The notes under the pieces: generated by a model
The model's database searches: none
Told to the model about the DNA's origin: nothing
The model's input: only the letters and a program-made list of their open reading frames with translations
Made by a program: the position numbers and the translations under genes
IMG/VR virus record: IMGVR_UViG_3300015607_004069
Coordinates: 117,659 to 181,658 of that record
Source of the DNA: a virus
Lineage: Duplodnaviria; Caudoviricetes
Strand: one strand, 5' to 3'
Length of the DNA stretch: 64,000 bases
In this document: piece by piece, positions 29,635 through 38,329 of the stretch
How positions within the stretch are numbered: position 1 is the stretch's first letter
How the letters are laid out: each line of letters starts with the position of its first letter

Positions 29635-30408
29635 CATGTTATACAGCATGCCGGGCTGAACATTCTGCAAGCCGCTTGAATTGGCATCGTTGACTTCAAC
29701 GACAATGAACCTCTGATCGATTGTTCTGGCTACATCGATAGCAAAGAAATCAATATGATTGGATAATAACCTAGCCGATTCATCTGCCAGATTGAGTGCT
29801 TCCTGTGGAATCTGATTGTCCGTTTCAGCCCAATAGGACCCACCGGCTAGTCTGACAGTTTTATAATAGAATATTCTCCATTCATCAGCCATAGGAATTC
29901 CAGTGATGGTAAAACCGTTAGACTGTAGCTGAACTAGCTCTCTGGCATATTTTGAAAAATGGCTGTGCCAAGTATCACGACACAGCATCAAATAATTGGC
30001 CATCAATTCGTCTTGATTATGTGCGACTATGAACTTCCAGTTCAGATGTTTTAGTGTTCCATAATCACTTCTGAGGACAACTGGATAACCCGGATATTTT
30101 ACATCATCAGTGATATCAATGGTCTTGGGAGTGCGGTTGCCAAGCAGATCTGTCCAGTTCTTCAGATTTAGTATCCATGTCCGTTGTTCTATGGTATTGA
30201 TAACATTGCAATGCTTCAGTGCTAAATCGTAAGCTATTTGCTTAAATGGGTAAGTATGATACCTTATAACTACTGTAGCCCCGTTAGGAATGGTGTTGAC
30301 CGACTTATGAGTCCTGAGCCTGAATGAGTTCAGGCCATTCAGGGTCACGGTTTCATCAAATTCAATCTTCGGGTTCTGGTTGACCAGAATGTGCAATATG
30401 TTATTCAT
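29611..30408 (-). CDS. ATP-grasp domain protein (DUF4343/R2K-like)
   Basis: DEWRIFYY, FFAIDVA, VVEVNDANSSGL. Confidence 0.75.
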   Translation of the reverse strand: MNNILHILVNQNPKIEFDETVTLNGLNSFRLRTHKSVNTIPNGATVVIRYHTYPFKQIAYDLALKHCNVINTIEQRTWILNLKNWTDLLGNRTPKTIDITDDVKYPGYPVVLRSDYGTLKHLNWKFIVAHNQDELMANYLMLCRDTWHSHFSKYARELVQLQSNGFTITGIPMADEWRIFYYKTVRLAGGSYWAETDNQIPQEALNLADESARLLSNHIDFFAIDVARTIDQRFIVVEVNDANSSGLQNVQPGMLYNMLCNAVLI

Positions 30409-30433
30409 ATAGTATCTTAATCTGAACGGCTAC

Positions 30434-31495
30434 TTATGCTCTAGTGGCCTGTAATTTGCTGAAGCTCTCATGAGTGAAGAAATGGCTATCTTTCGCTAAC
30501 TGCAGAGAATGCATTATCTGATGATCTTTATCGATATTGGAAAAGTTCTCGAATTTATCATGAAATGTCAATGATCCGGTAGCGCTCATTTGAGCGAAGT
30601 TCACCTGTGAACTGAGCATATCGATCGTGTGTACGAGTGCAGCCTCTGCACTGCAAGGACTGCATGGGCTACCCCATTCCCTTGTGCCATGATGAGATAG
30701 AATGATATGCTCAATATGATGAATAAGCGGATTATTATTGAAGCATCCATCAAATTCGACTGATTCATAAGCTTGGATGAATAACTTATACCCAATGGCG
30801 ATATGTCCAAAAGACATATCGAGAAACGTTCTTTTAGGTGAATTTTCCGCATAATTGGAGGAATAAGTCAAAAGCTTACCAATATCATGGCAGATAATGC
30901 CGCCGATTACAACATCACGGTTCAGGTTGCGGTACCTTTCTAACCTCAATAGGGCATCGGCGGCATCAAGCATTTCACAGACATGATCAAGAAAGCCGCC
31001 ACGATAACAATGGTGCTTGGTAGTAGAGCCGGGTGCATTTCTTATTGTCTTTTGAAGATCGTCGGCAGACCAGTCGCCTGTGTTATAATTGACCGCTGCT
31101 TTTTGAGCGTTAAGCACAGCGCACTGTATTATGCGTTTTGTTTGCTTGTCGCTGATAGTGTCGATATAATTCTTAAATTTCTCATGAAGATCATCGATCT
31201 GTTGATCGGTCAGATAATTGCTGTGATTTAATAAGGAAGTTTCCTCTAGCTTCACGCATCCAATCGGATCGATATGCAACGATACGTCGTCTTTATATTC
31301 TTTTAATTGGCCTACCAGCGTCCATTTCTCGCCTGCCTTGAATTCAAGACCACAGGTGTCATAGTTCCATACAATTGCACTGTCGAAATCATCCACATTA
31401 TTGGTCTTCAAGATAGCGAATTTCTTCTGCTGCTTTGTGTAGGCAAAATGGACACTCAAAATCTGATAGTCATTCTGAAATATTGGATTAGACAT
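30434..31495 (-). CDS. OB-fold plus HD domain protein, YhaM/Cbf1-like 3'-5' nuclease
   Basis: HHCYRGGFLDH, HDIGK, GHI, HIILSHHG..EWGSP, EAALVHTID. Confidence 0.85.
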   Translation of the reverse strand: MSNPIFQNDYQILSVHFAYTKQQKKFAILKTNNVDDFDSAIVWNYDTCGLEFKAGEKWTLVGQLKEYKDDVSLHIDPIGCVKLEETSLLNHSNYLTDQQIDDLHEKFKNYIDTISDKQTKRIIQCAVLNAQKAAVNYNTGDWSADDLQKTIRNAPGSTTKHHCYRGGFLDHVCEMLDAADALLRLERYRNLNRDVVIGGIICHDIGKLLTYSSNYAENSPKRTFLDMSFGHIAIGYKLFIQAYESVEFDGCFNNNPLIHHIEHIILSHHGTREWGSPCSPCSAEAALVHTIDMLSSQVNFAQMSATGSLTFHDKFENFSNIDKDHQIMHSLQLAKDSHFFTHESFSKLQATRA

Positions 31496-31543
31496 CGTAC
31501 GCTCCGTGATAGTATGTATGTATTGATACAAGGAGACTGGCTT

Positions 31544-31957
31544 ATGACATACAACTATAAAACATTGAAATCGCCTCGTCTGGCCGAAATAATACAATCT
31601 ATTGTAATGAAATATATCAACGGCGTACGCGACATCATGGCGATGGGAATGCCAGATGATTCCAAGATCGTCTCAATTTCTACTGATATTAAAAATGATG
31701 TCTATAACAACATGAGTTCATGTATTTGCATTATCGAAGATCAGAGGAAGTTCAAGTATTATGCCAATTTCAAATATCACCACGACACAGGCGATGTCTT
31801 GATTACTTTGACTCATTATTCTAAGCAATTTTACGCGACCACTTTCACTATAGACACCATCAATGATTGGGCCGCTGCGGTCGTCAATGATCTCATGAAA
31901 GCTACTATAACTATGTATATCGAATCAGCGTTTACTGTCTTGGTGACTGGTGGATAA
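31544..31957 (+). CDS. hypothetical protein
   Basis: ATG after aaggag RBS, divergent from the HD gene. Confidence 0.55.
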   Translation: MTYNYKTLKSPRLAEIIQSIVMKYINGVRDIMAMGMPDDSKIVSISTDIKNDVYNNMSSCICIIEDQRKFKYYANFKYHHDTGDVLITLTHYSKQFYATTFTIDTINDWAAAVVNDLMKATITMYIESAFTVLVTGG

Positions 31958-31958
31958 A

Positions 31959-32156
31959 ATGGCTCAGAAATCTACTTTCAAAATCAGGGTGAGCAGAGAT
32001 ATCGTCATAAAACAATATGGCGAAATCTCGGTCCAAGCCAAGGACATAGATGAAGCCGTTGATATGCTTCAAAGAGGCGCAGTGTCCGATCAGGAGGTCG
32101 AATGGCATGAAATTGAAATACCATCCGACTATCAGACCATAAAATCTTACCTGTAG
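31959..32156 (+). CDS. hypothetical protein
   Basis: short ORF coupled to the previous stop. Confidence 0.5.
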   Translation: MAQKSTFKIRVSRDIVIKQYGEISVQAKDIDEAVDMLQRGAVSDQEVEWHEIEIPSDYQTIKSYL

Positions 32157-32485
32157 TAATTCTGAATAAAGCTACACGCATCGGCAAAGAGTCGATTGTG
32201 CGAGTCGTCATCTAATACGATGAATTGCTTTATGCCTGTGTCGAATTCGACCACGCCAGCCAGTTTGGCAGCGATGATGTCAGTTAGCTCGGATTTGGAA
32301 CCATCGTTGGTATGGTCGATGATCGTCTGAATGTATCGCCACAATGACTCTGGGATCTGATTTCTGTTCTGGCAAAGACAAGCGATTGCTTTTCTGACTG
32401 GTATCTTAACATGATTGTTTTTTCTTCTTTTTCTTCTATGGCCATGATTAGTGTTTTTGAAACCGGCTGGGTATCTATGGCTCAT
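32147..32485 (-). CDS. hypothetical protein with basic N-terminus
   Basis: HRRKRRKNNH tract. Confidence 0.5.
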   Translation of the reverse strand: MSHRYPAGFKNTNHGHRRKRRKNNHVKIPVRKAIACLCQNRNQIPESLWRYIQTIIDHTNDGSKSELTDIIAAKLAGVVEFDTGIKQFIVLDDDSHNRLFADACSFIQNYYR

Positions 32486-32533
32486 CTTGATTTCGATCCC
32501 TCTATGAGTTTCATCTTAAATAATTTTTAGTGT

Positions 32534-33265
32534 CTACTTTAACATTCTAAACGCAAAATCGTCATATTCGATGCAAACATTGTTGAAGGAGAAGAACGTC
32601 TCATACTTCAAAACAGCACTGCCATCACCTCTTGGCCTGTTCACTTTGGCCGTCCACTCTTCTAGACTCTTGGTCCAATAATGATTAAGTTGAATAATAT
32701 CATATTCTGGTTCGCTTAGATAAGCACCAGCTACTTTGGTACCGGAAAAGCTATGACAGCCAGTATATGTCAGACTGAATTGATGTGGATTTATAACATT
32801 CAAAGTGTACTCTGGCTGCACAAGGCATTTAACATGTCTGGCTTCTGTAATCTTGGCCCATGCTGTATATGATTCAACTACCCTGCCGGGTGGTTTTTTG
32901 ATCCAGCCGCTATTACCAAACATCTTCCATGACATGGCCAAAGCACTGCTATTGTGTCGATATTTTAAAAGCTGCTTGAGGGGACTTTTTGGCACAATGA
33001 ATTCATCTATATCGATAAATCCAAGCCACTGCGTGGAAGATCCATATCGCATCAGGCAATGGTCATAAGCTGCAAGCTGACTATGCAGGCCTACAAAGGA
33101 TTCAACTGTTACATCTGGCGATGCGGGATAACCACATCCAAGATTGTCATAAATGAAAAAGTGATCTACGCCAATCATGCGGTGCCAGTCTAACCATTCT
33201 GGCACATACTCTGGTTCATTGGTGAAGAGACAAAGACTGAGATTGAATTTCATTTTAGCTCGCAC
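32534..33265 (-). CDS. glycosyltransferase family 92-like protein
   Basis: NEPEYVPEWLDWH..IGVDHFFIYDN, WLGFIDIDEFI, LNHYWTKS. Confidence 0.85.
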   Translation of the reverse strand: MRAKMKFNLSLCLFTNEPEYVPEWLDWHRMIGVDHFFIYDNLGCGYPASPDVTVESFVGLHSQLAAYDHCLMRYGSSTQWLGFIDIDEFIVPKSPLKQLLKYRHNSSALAMSWKMFGNSGWIKKPPGRVVESYTAWAKITEARHVKCLVQPEYTLNVINPHQFSLTYTGCHSFSGTKVAGAYLSEPEYDIIQLNHYWTKSLEEWTAKVNRPRGDGSAVLKYETFFSFNNVCIEYDDFAFRMLK

Positions 33266-33435
33266 TTACCATCTGTTTACATTAAGAATGTCACCAGTCC
33301 ACATGCTATGGATTATCAGTCCGATGCCGTAAATCACAGCACAAGCGGACTTTAAAAGATAGAGAGAACCTATAAAACAGAGAGCGGCGAGGCTAGCAAA
33401 CGTCGCCATATAAAGCGGACAAATAAATAGATAGA

Positions 33436-33762
33436 TCACTGACGCTTTGAGCATTTCCCGTTCTCCTTGTATTCCGACTGTAAAAGTGAGAAGGCACGAC
33501 ATTGAATGCATTTGCAGTCCTTGCGTGGCATTCCATTGCTGTTGATTTTGCAGGATTCGTATCTATCAACGTCTTCTGCAAGAAATTCCTGTATCAATTG
33601 TTCCAATGCAGCATTACGAATACGAAGTTGTTTTGCTTTGTTGGTGTCACCACATGACTCACAAATAGCAGTGTCGCCTATCCATTTGATAGTAGTTCTC
33701 TCAACGCAATGGCATGTCCAGAACTTTATTGCTATATTGCTAAAAACTTTATCTATATCCAT
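33436..33762 (-). CDS. hypothetical Cys-rich protein
   Basis: CxC, CxxC, CxCxxC. Confidence 0.5.
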   Translation of the reverse strand: MDIDKVFSNIAIKFWTCHCVERTTIKWIGDTAICESCGDTNKAKQLRIRNAALEQLIQEFLAEDVDRYESCKINSNGMPRKDCKCIQCRAFSLLQSEYKENGKCSKRQ

Positions 33763-33763
33763 T

Positions 33764-34018
33764 TTACTTTCCCACCTTTGTCGTATTCATCTCCAACTTA
33801 TCCAAGATGCGAATAGCCTTTTCTAACCTAGCCTTCAACATATCATCCACACACTTGGTATAAGGATCGCTGTTAAACAGTCGGATAAGTCGATTTACCA
33901 GTATTCGCTTTTTGATTTCATTCTTGCTCATGCGACACACTGAACACATAGCTTCTTCGGGCATATCGCTGGGACCGAAATCATGTGGTCCACCATCATT
34001 ACATCTTACTTGCCACAT
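33764..34018 (-). CDS. hypothetical protein
   Basis: tiles the minus-strand operon. Confidence 0.5.
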   Translation of the reverse strand: MWQVRCNDGGPHDFGPSDMPEEAMCSVCRMSKNEIKKRILVNRLIRLFNSDPYTKCVDDMLKARLEKAIRILDKLEMNTTKVGK

Positions 34019-34036
34019 GATGATTGCCCCATGGTT

Positions 34037-34240
34037 CTAGTTACCGGGGAATACGACGTATTCGATAGTAGGCTTATCTGGCCGAGCATCAGCTACCCAT
34101 CCATCAAGTCGTGGTTCACACAACTTGAGTATACGAATTTCTTTAGGCTCCATCAGATCATACTCACTACAACACCTGTAACATACGAGTAATTTAGGAT
34201 CGAATGTCTTGAGTAGATCGATTAGTTCCTGAACAGTCAT
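34037..34240 (-). CDS. hypothetical protein (MTVQELIDLL-type phage ORFan)
   Basis: common phage small-protein N-terminus; RBS present. Confidence 0.6.
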   Translation of the reverse strand: MTVQELIDLLKTFDPKLLVCYRCCSEYDLMEPKEIRILKLCEPRLDGWVADARPDKPTIEYVVFPGN

Positions 34241-34268
34241 TTCTCACCCTTCCTTTCGCTTCTGATGG

Positions 34269-34700
34269 TTACTCTTTGGTTAGTGTTCCATCCGGCCATA
34301 CGATTACAATTGGCTTGCCGGATTTGCGAGCATAACGAATCGTCGCCCATGTGCCTGAACGCTGCTCCTCTTGCATATCTGCTGGACATGCCAATAAGGT
34401 ATTACAGTAGTCCACGATAGTTCGGTTGCGTTTCAATGGCGGTTCGGCTTCGTACACGCTATCACTTATCTTAATAGCATCGTGAGAAGTCTGATCGCTT
34501 ATATTACAGGGATAGGCGTATAATGGGATATAGCGGTCTTGATTACGAATGAGTTTAGCCATCCACGCATCGGCACCAATCGCACAACCATGAAGAAATC
34601 CAGTAAACGTATCGCCGGTAGAATTGAACCATTTGACCACAGCTTCCATCTGTGGTGGTGTCAAACCTTTTCGTGTACCAGTAAAGCCTAGATAACTCAT
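34269..34700 (-). CDS. SLOG superfamily (DprA/YspA-like) nucleotide-binding protein
   Basis: GFTGTR, HGCAIGAD, RNRTIVD, SGTWATIRYA..GKP. Confidence 0.8.
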   Translation of the reverse strand: MSYLGFTGTRKGLTPPQMEAVVKWFNSTGDTFTGFLHGCAIGADAWMAKLIRNQDRYIPLYAYPCNISDQTSHDAIKISDSVYEAEPPLKRNRTIVDYCNTLLACPADMQEEQRSGTWATIRYARKSGKPIVIVWPDGTLTKE

Positions 34701-34729
34701 TCCTGCCCCTTAGAAACCTGCTTCAGGCA

Positions 34730-34945
34730 CTAACTGACCGCTGTGATTGATTGCTTCTTGGTTTGTTTAAAGTCCTTAATATTTGGCCCTCGATAAGATG
34801 CCGGAAATCCACAGCATTTGCAATACATTGAACCTTCGATCAGACCTGCCCCACACCAACCGCATGGAATAAATACCATCATTGCTAAACCATCAAGGAA
34901 AGCGTCTATTCGTAATCTATTCGCATATGTGATTTCTTCACTCAT
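34730..34945 (-). CDS. small zinc-ribbon protein
   Basis: CGWCG...YCKCCG. Confidence 0.5.
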   Translation of the reverse strand: MSEEITYANRLRIDAFLDGLAMMVFIPCGWCGAGLIEGSMYCKCCGFPASYRGPNIKDFKQTKKQSITAVS

Positions 34946-35298
34946 CTTTTTGCCTCCGATGATAATAATTGTTTTTCCAACGCAGCGATGCGAGCACGTA
35001 ATTTGACTATAACTTCTATTAAATCCGGTGGTGGTTCATACTTTACCTGTGCGTTCTGTGACTCAAAAGTCGAGGCAGCTTGATCACATATATCCAAGAA
35101 TGGCCTAGTGAGACTTGGCGGTGCTTGCGGCACCATATCACAGCCTTTTGACATGAACTTGTATATTATTCTCCACAAAGCCGCATTCTTTTTCTGCTCT
35201 TCGACTAACTGCTTTTCCAATGCAACAATGCGAGATTGCGCAGCTATAGTACCACACTCTGGACATTCATCTATCAAATTATCATGTTTACATATCAT
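34942..35298 (-). CDS. hypothetical protein
   Basis: CxH...CPEC plus coiled coil; RIVALEKQL/RIAALEKQL repeat. Confidence 0.55.
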   Translation of the reverse strand: MICKHDNLIDECPECGTIAAQSRIVALEKQLVEEQKKNAALWRIIYKFMSKGCDMVPQAPPSLTRPFLDICDQAASTFESQNAQVKYEPPPDLIEVIVKLRARIAALEKQLLSSEAKR

Positions 35299-35337
35299 AT
35301 GCTACTTTATGCCCTTTCTGGTTAATCATATTAAGAA

Positions 35338-35435
35338 GTAAGATGCCAGACTGCCCACCTTTAGTAAGGATGGCATGGAGAGGTTAGCGCAAATCCCCTC
35401 ACTGACCACGCACTAATATGGTCCCGGCATCTTAC
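35338..35435 (-). ncRNA. structured RNA candidate: four-way junction with complementary loops
   Basis: closing stem of 12-13 bp plus three hairpins in a non-coding gap; G-U pairs favour the minus strand; GTATT 9 nt upstream. Confidence 0.6.
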
Positions 35436-35473
35436 CGTTCATAAAATACGATTAGAAGTTTCTTCCTTGGAAA

Positions 35474-36127
35474 CTATAGCATACAAGCATCACTTCCTAA
35501 TGAATCTAACCACTTATTAGACTTGTCTGCAATAATCTTCTCCAATTTAGTGATAGCAGTTCTTCTGTCCACGTCATTCTTAGCCATTACAGCAAAATAT
35601 AAACCGATGGCAGCGACGGCAACATCAATCGCTTCTTCCTCTACGCTACTATTGTGTCTTTTACCAGTCAATGCAGATTCGGCTAGAAATTCATTGGTCA
35701 ATTCGCCTAGTTCTGATATAACATGGTTGAATAAAGTCGAAATAGACTTGCCACGCTTCACTTCCGCATTAGCTATCCAATGTAATTTGTTGAATTGTGA
35801 AAGCTTATAAGCTAAAGTCTGTGGAACAGTTATTGAGAGATCATCAGGAAAATCAGTTCGGATCAAAAAAGATGGCACTGAATAACAATCACTGAAGCTC
35901 AATAAGAATTGGCATCTGCGGCTCTGTTTCTTTTTGGCCACTGTCCAATCATGGCCCGGCGTTGCATGTGATACAGCAAGACGTATGAGTACATCCTGAT
36001 TACGTTCGTATTTCAAAGATGTCACCATGCCACTAAAATGTTCAGAGTGGACATGAGTGCCGATGGTAAGCAGACCATCGCTTATCAATTCAAAGACATT
36101 ATCGCTTGTCAGGGACTGAAAATTCAT
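35474..36127 (-). CDS. protein with C-terminal MazG-like NTP pyrophosphohydrolase domain
   Basis: SELGELTNE...VEEEAIDVAVAA; start moved to MNFQSL. Confidence 0.6.
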   Translation of the reverse strand: MNFQSLTSDNVFELISDGLLTIGTHVHSEHFSGMVTSLKYERNQDVLIRLAVSHATPGHDWTVAKKKQSRRCQFLLSFSDCYSVPSFLIRTDFPDDLSITVPQTLAYKLSQFNKLHWIANAEVKRGKSISTLFNHVISELGELTNEFLAESALTGKRHNSSVEEEAIDVAVAAIGLYFAVMAKNDVDRRTAITKLEKIIADKSNKWLDSLGSDACML

Positions 36128-36181
36128 AATTATATCCGGTAGGCCTCGTATCACCCATAATACGGACAAGGAGGTCCACAC

Positions 36182-36331
36182 ATGAAAAGTCTGATTTTGA
36201 TCGTTGCGTTGCTTTTCGTCGGTTGTACTACCATAAAGGTAGAAGTGTCACACAAGGAATTACGAAAGGCCGGTCTGGATAGCGTCAATGTTACTTATGA
36301 TGGCCATGCTTTCGTAATAGGCTTGAAATGA
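36182..36331 (+). CDS. small lipoprotein (49 aa, absent from the ORF track)
   Basis: MKSLILIVALLFVG-C lipobox; RBS aaggagg; ATGA overlap with the next gene. Confidence 0.7.
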   Translation: MKSLILIVALLFVGCTTIKVEVSHKELRKAGLDSVNVTYDGHAFVIGLK

Positions 36332-36600
36332 AATCAGTTATCACCTGCTACGCCGAATTAGCGCAAGACATTAGAATAGCCTCCCGCAAGGACAGGCAGT
36401 ATGGTCTGGATGAATTTATCCGGACTGAACTGGATAAGATGAAACAGCATGAGTCAGAACTCTATGCCTTAACAGCAGAAGTTCTGGCTCATGTCGCTGC
36501 CGATCAGCCGCCGATTATTTCACGCGAAGTCGGCGCTAATTATGTCTCCATGCTTGGTATTTTAGCCCACCGGATGGGCTTCAAATTAGTCAAAGAATAG
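36328..36600 (+). CDS. hypothetical protein
   Basis: translationally coupled to the lipoprotein. Confidence 0.6.
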   Translation: MKSVITCYAELAQDIRIASRKDRQYGLDEFIRTELDKMKQHESELYALTAEVLAHVAADQPPIISREVGANYVSMLGILAHRMGFKLVKE

Positions 36601-36615
36601 TTTCCAAACCAGAAA

Positions 36616-37341
36616 CTATCCCACTAGTCGAGCGACAATCTGTTTCTTCATATCGTCACTCAAGGTAAAATGAAACTGATTCACGACACCTCTACTGCTG
36701 GTGGCGGTATCCTGTGGATGGTTGATTGAACCAGACCTCCAGTCGCTGATAGTTATCGCCACTCTTGGCTCGACCTCATGAACTCTGCTGGCACTAAAAC
36801 TATGCCCTATGACCACATCATATTTCATCTTGGGAATGTCGCTAGTCATCCCTAAAACAACTGTTGCATATCCTTGAGAATGCAATAAGTCCTCTAAATC
36901 ACTATAGAACTTATTGGCTAATTGAGCAAACTCATCAAGCCTCCTGCCACGAATAATCAAGGCCACTTTACAGCCAGTCTTAGGAATTGGCAGTAATGAA
37001 GTGTAGAATTTCCCATCGGCACTGCTATATGCCCTATCAACGCTATGCATAACATTAGTCGCACTGTAGCCAGTACAGGGAATGGGGATGGCATAGACCG
37101 GCTGTCCATCCTGCGTATAATCTGTCTTTATGCCTCCGAATTTACCGACTTGACAGATTTTCCCAAATCTCAGGTAATTCTGATCAGCACCATATGCGTA
37201 TGGCTGGGGAAGCGATACCACGGTCTTGCTGACTCTGCGGGTTGTAATGGCCATAGCGGCATTTAGTCCTGAGTGGTATGGTATGGCGATTCTTTCCATT
37301 CTAGGATCGTTTCGCCTGTTTCTGATTGTTCGCTGGTCCAT
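36616..37341 (-). CDS. hypothetical protein, C-terminal alpha/beta-hydrolase-like segment
   Basis: DVVIGHSFSA nucleophile-elbow-like motif; start uncertain. Confidence 0.5.
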   Translation of the reverse strand: MDQRTIRNRRNDPRMERIAIPYHSGLNAAMAITTRRVSKTVVSLPQPYAYGADQNYLRFGKICQVGKFGGIKTDYTQDGQPVYAIPIPCTGYSATNVMHSVDRAYSSADGKFYTSLLPIPKTGCKVALIIRGRRLDEFAQLANKFYSDLEDLLHSQGYATVVLGMTSDIPKMKYDVVIGHSFSASRVHEVEPRVAITISDWRSGSINHPQDTATSSRGVVNQFHFTLSDDMKKQIVARLVG

Positions 37342-37505
37342 TGGATGACATGAACCAACTTGTATTGCTTGGATCGTTTGGCGTTTTCAAAGACTTGTCT
37401 GGCTTCGTCCAGACTACTATAGTAGAATTCTGGTGCTACTGGCTCTAATGTGTGGTCGCCGTAGTTTCCGTGTCTCTGACCAGAAACAGTGTAGATCATT
37501 ATCAT
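37263..37505 (-). CDS. hypothetical protein
   Basis: RBS aagga, 80 aa. Confidence 0.5.
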   Translation of the reverse strand: MIMIYTVSGQRHGNYGDHTLEPVAPEFYYSSLDEARQVFENAKRSKQYKLVHVIQWTSEQSETGETILEWKESPYHTTQD

Positions 37506-37568
37506 CGTTCCTTAGAGGATTTACTTGGACGAAGGATAGTGATCCTAGGGGTCTTTCCATAAATACGG

Positions 37569-37596
37569 TCAGACCCGACATTTCTGCCGGGTCTGA
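37569..37596 (-). terminator. hairpin after the AT-hook gene
   Basis: tcagacccg/cgggtctga 9-bp stem. Confidence 0.6.
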
Positions 37597-37616
37597 TTCG
37601 TTCCGTCGATCAATAC

Positions 37617-38042
37617 TTAGGACTTTTCGCTCTTGGTCTTTGATCGGCGTTTCTGGCGTTCTGCTTCCGTGCATTCGCGACAGTATTTGACTTGGAAGAG
37701 GTCAGAAGTGGCCACTTGGCGGGTGCTTTCGCAGCCATGACTGGCACAATCGATTGTGACTGTGATCTTGCCAGCGTAAGTACCGGATGTGTGACGTTTG
37801 ATGCTACCTTCGACGATGTGCTTGTACTTCTTGCGAAGTTGAGCTTCGCGTTCAGCGAGCACTTCGGCTGGCGATTTCGTCTCGACCTTGTTTGGCTTGC
37901 CAGCCAAGGTGCGTTTGTTGACCGCCTTGCTTGCCTGAATGTTAGTGGCCTTGCGAGGGCGACCACGACGGCGAGCCGGTGTCTCGACTTCGTTCGGTGT
38001 GGTCGTGGTTTCGGTGACGGTGGTTTCTTGTGTTGCTGACAT
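37617..38042 (-). CDS. AT-hook plus zinc-ribbon DNA-binding protein
   Basis: RRRGRPRK AT-hook; CxxxxC...CxxC; basic tail; RBS ggag. Confidence 0.7.
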   Translation of the reverse strand: MSATQETTVTETTTTPNEVETPARRRGRPRKATNIQASKAVNKRTLAGKPNKVETKSPAEVLAEREAQLRKKYKHIVEGSIKRHTSGTYAGKITVTIDCASHGCESTRQVATSDLFQVKYCRECTEAERQKRRSKTKSEKS

Positions 38043-38160
38043 GTCTGGCTCCGTTGGAAAAATTGTGTTTACTGTCTGTCTGAGTCGGGTATAACACCAA
38101 AGTCGATGGCGTTAATTTCAATTGATTGCAAAGCACTCCGTTACTCTCGCGTATCCTAAA

Positions 38161-38232
38161 TGTCACTTTTCATAATTGATCCTCTGGACGATTCTTGGTT
38201 GTCTCAACGTTATGATGTATCACGAAATGACA
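38161..38232 (-). promoter_or_regulatory. long interrupted hairpin in the 5' leader of the AT-hook gene
   Basis: tgtcattt/aagtgaca, tcataa/ttatga, ttga/tcaa nested stems; GTATT at 38240-38244 (minus). Confidence 0.45.
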
Positions 38233-38329
38233 AAGGTTTAATACTGCTTACTTTGGTGTATAATAGGAGTATCCCTACTGAATTCTTATTAGACCTCAAA
38301 CCATAAGGCCATAACAACAGAGGATAAAA

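Noticed and set aside
29298-29705. 135-aa hydrophobic minus-strand ORF
   Set aside because: Antisense to the 94-aa + gene and overlaps the ATP-grasp gene; hydrophobicity reflects the A-rich opposite strand.
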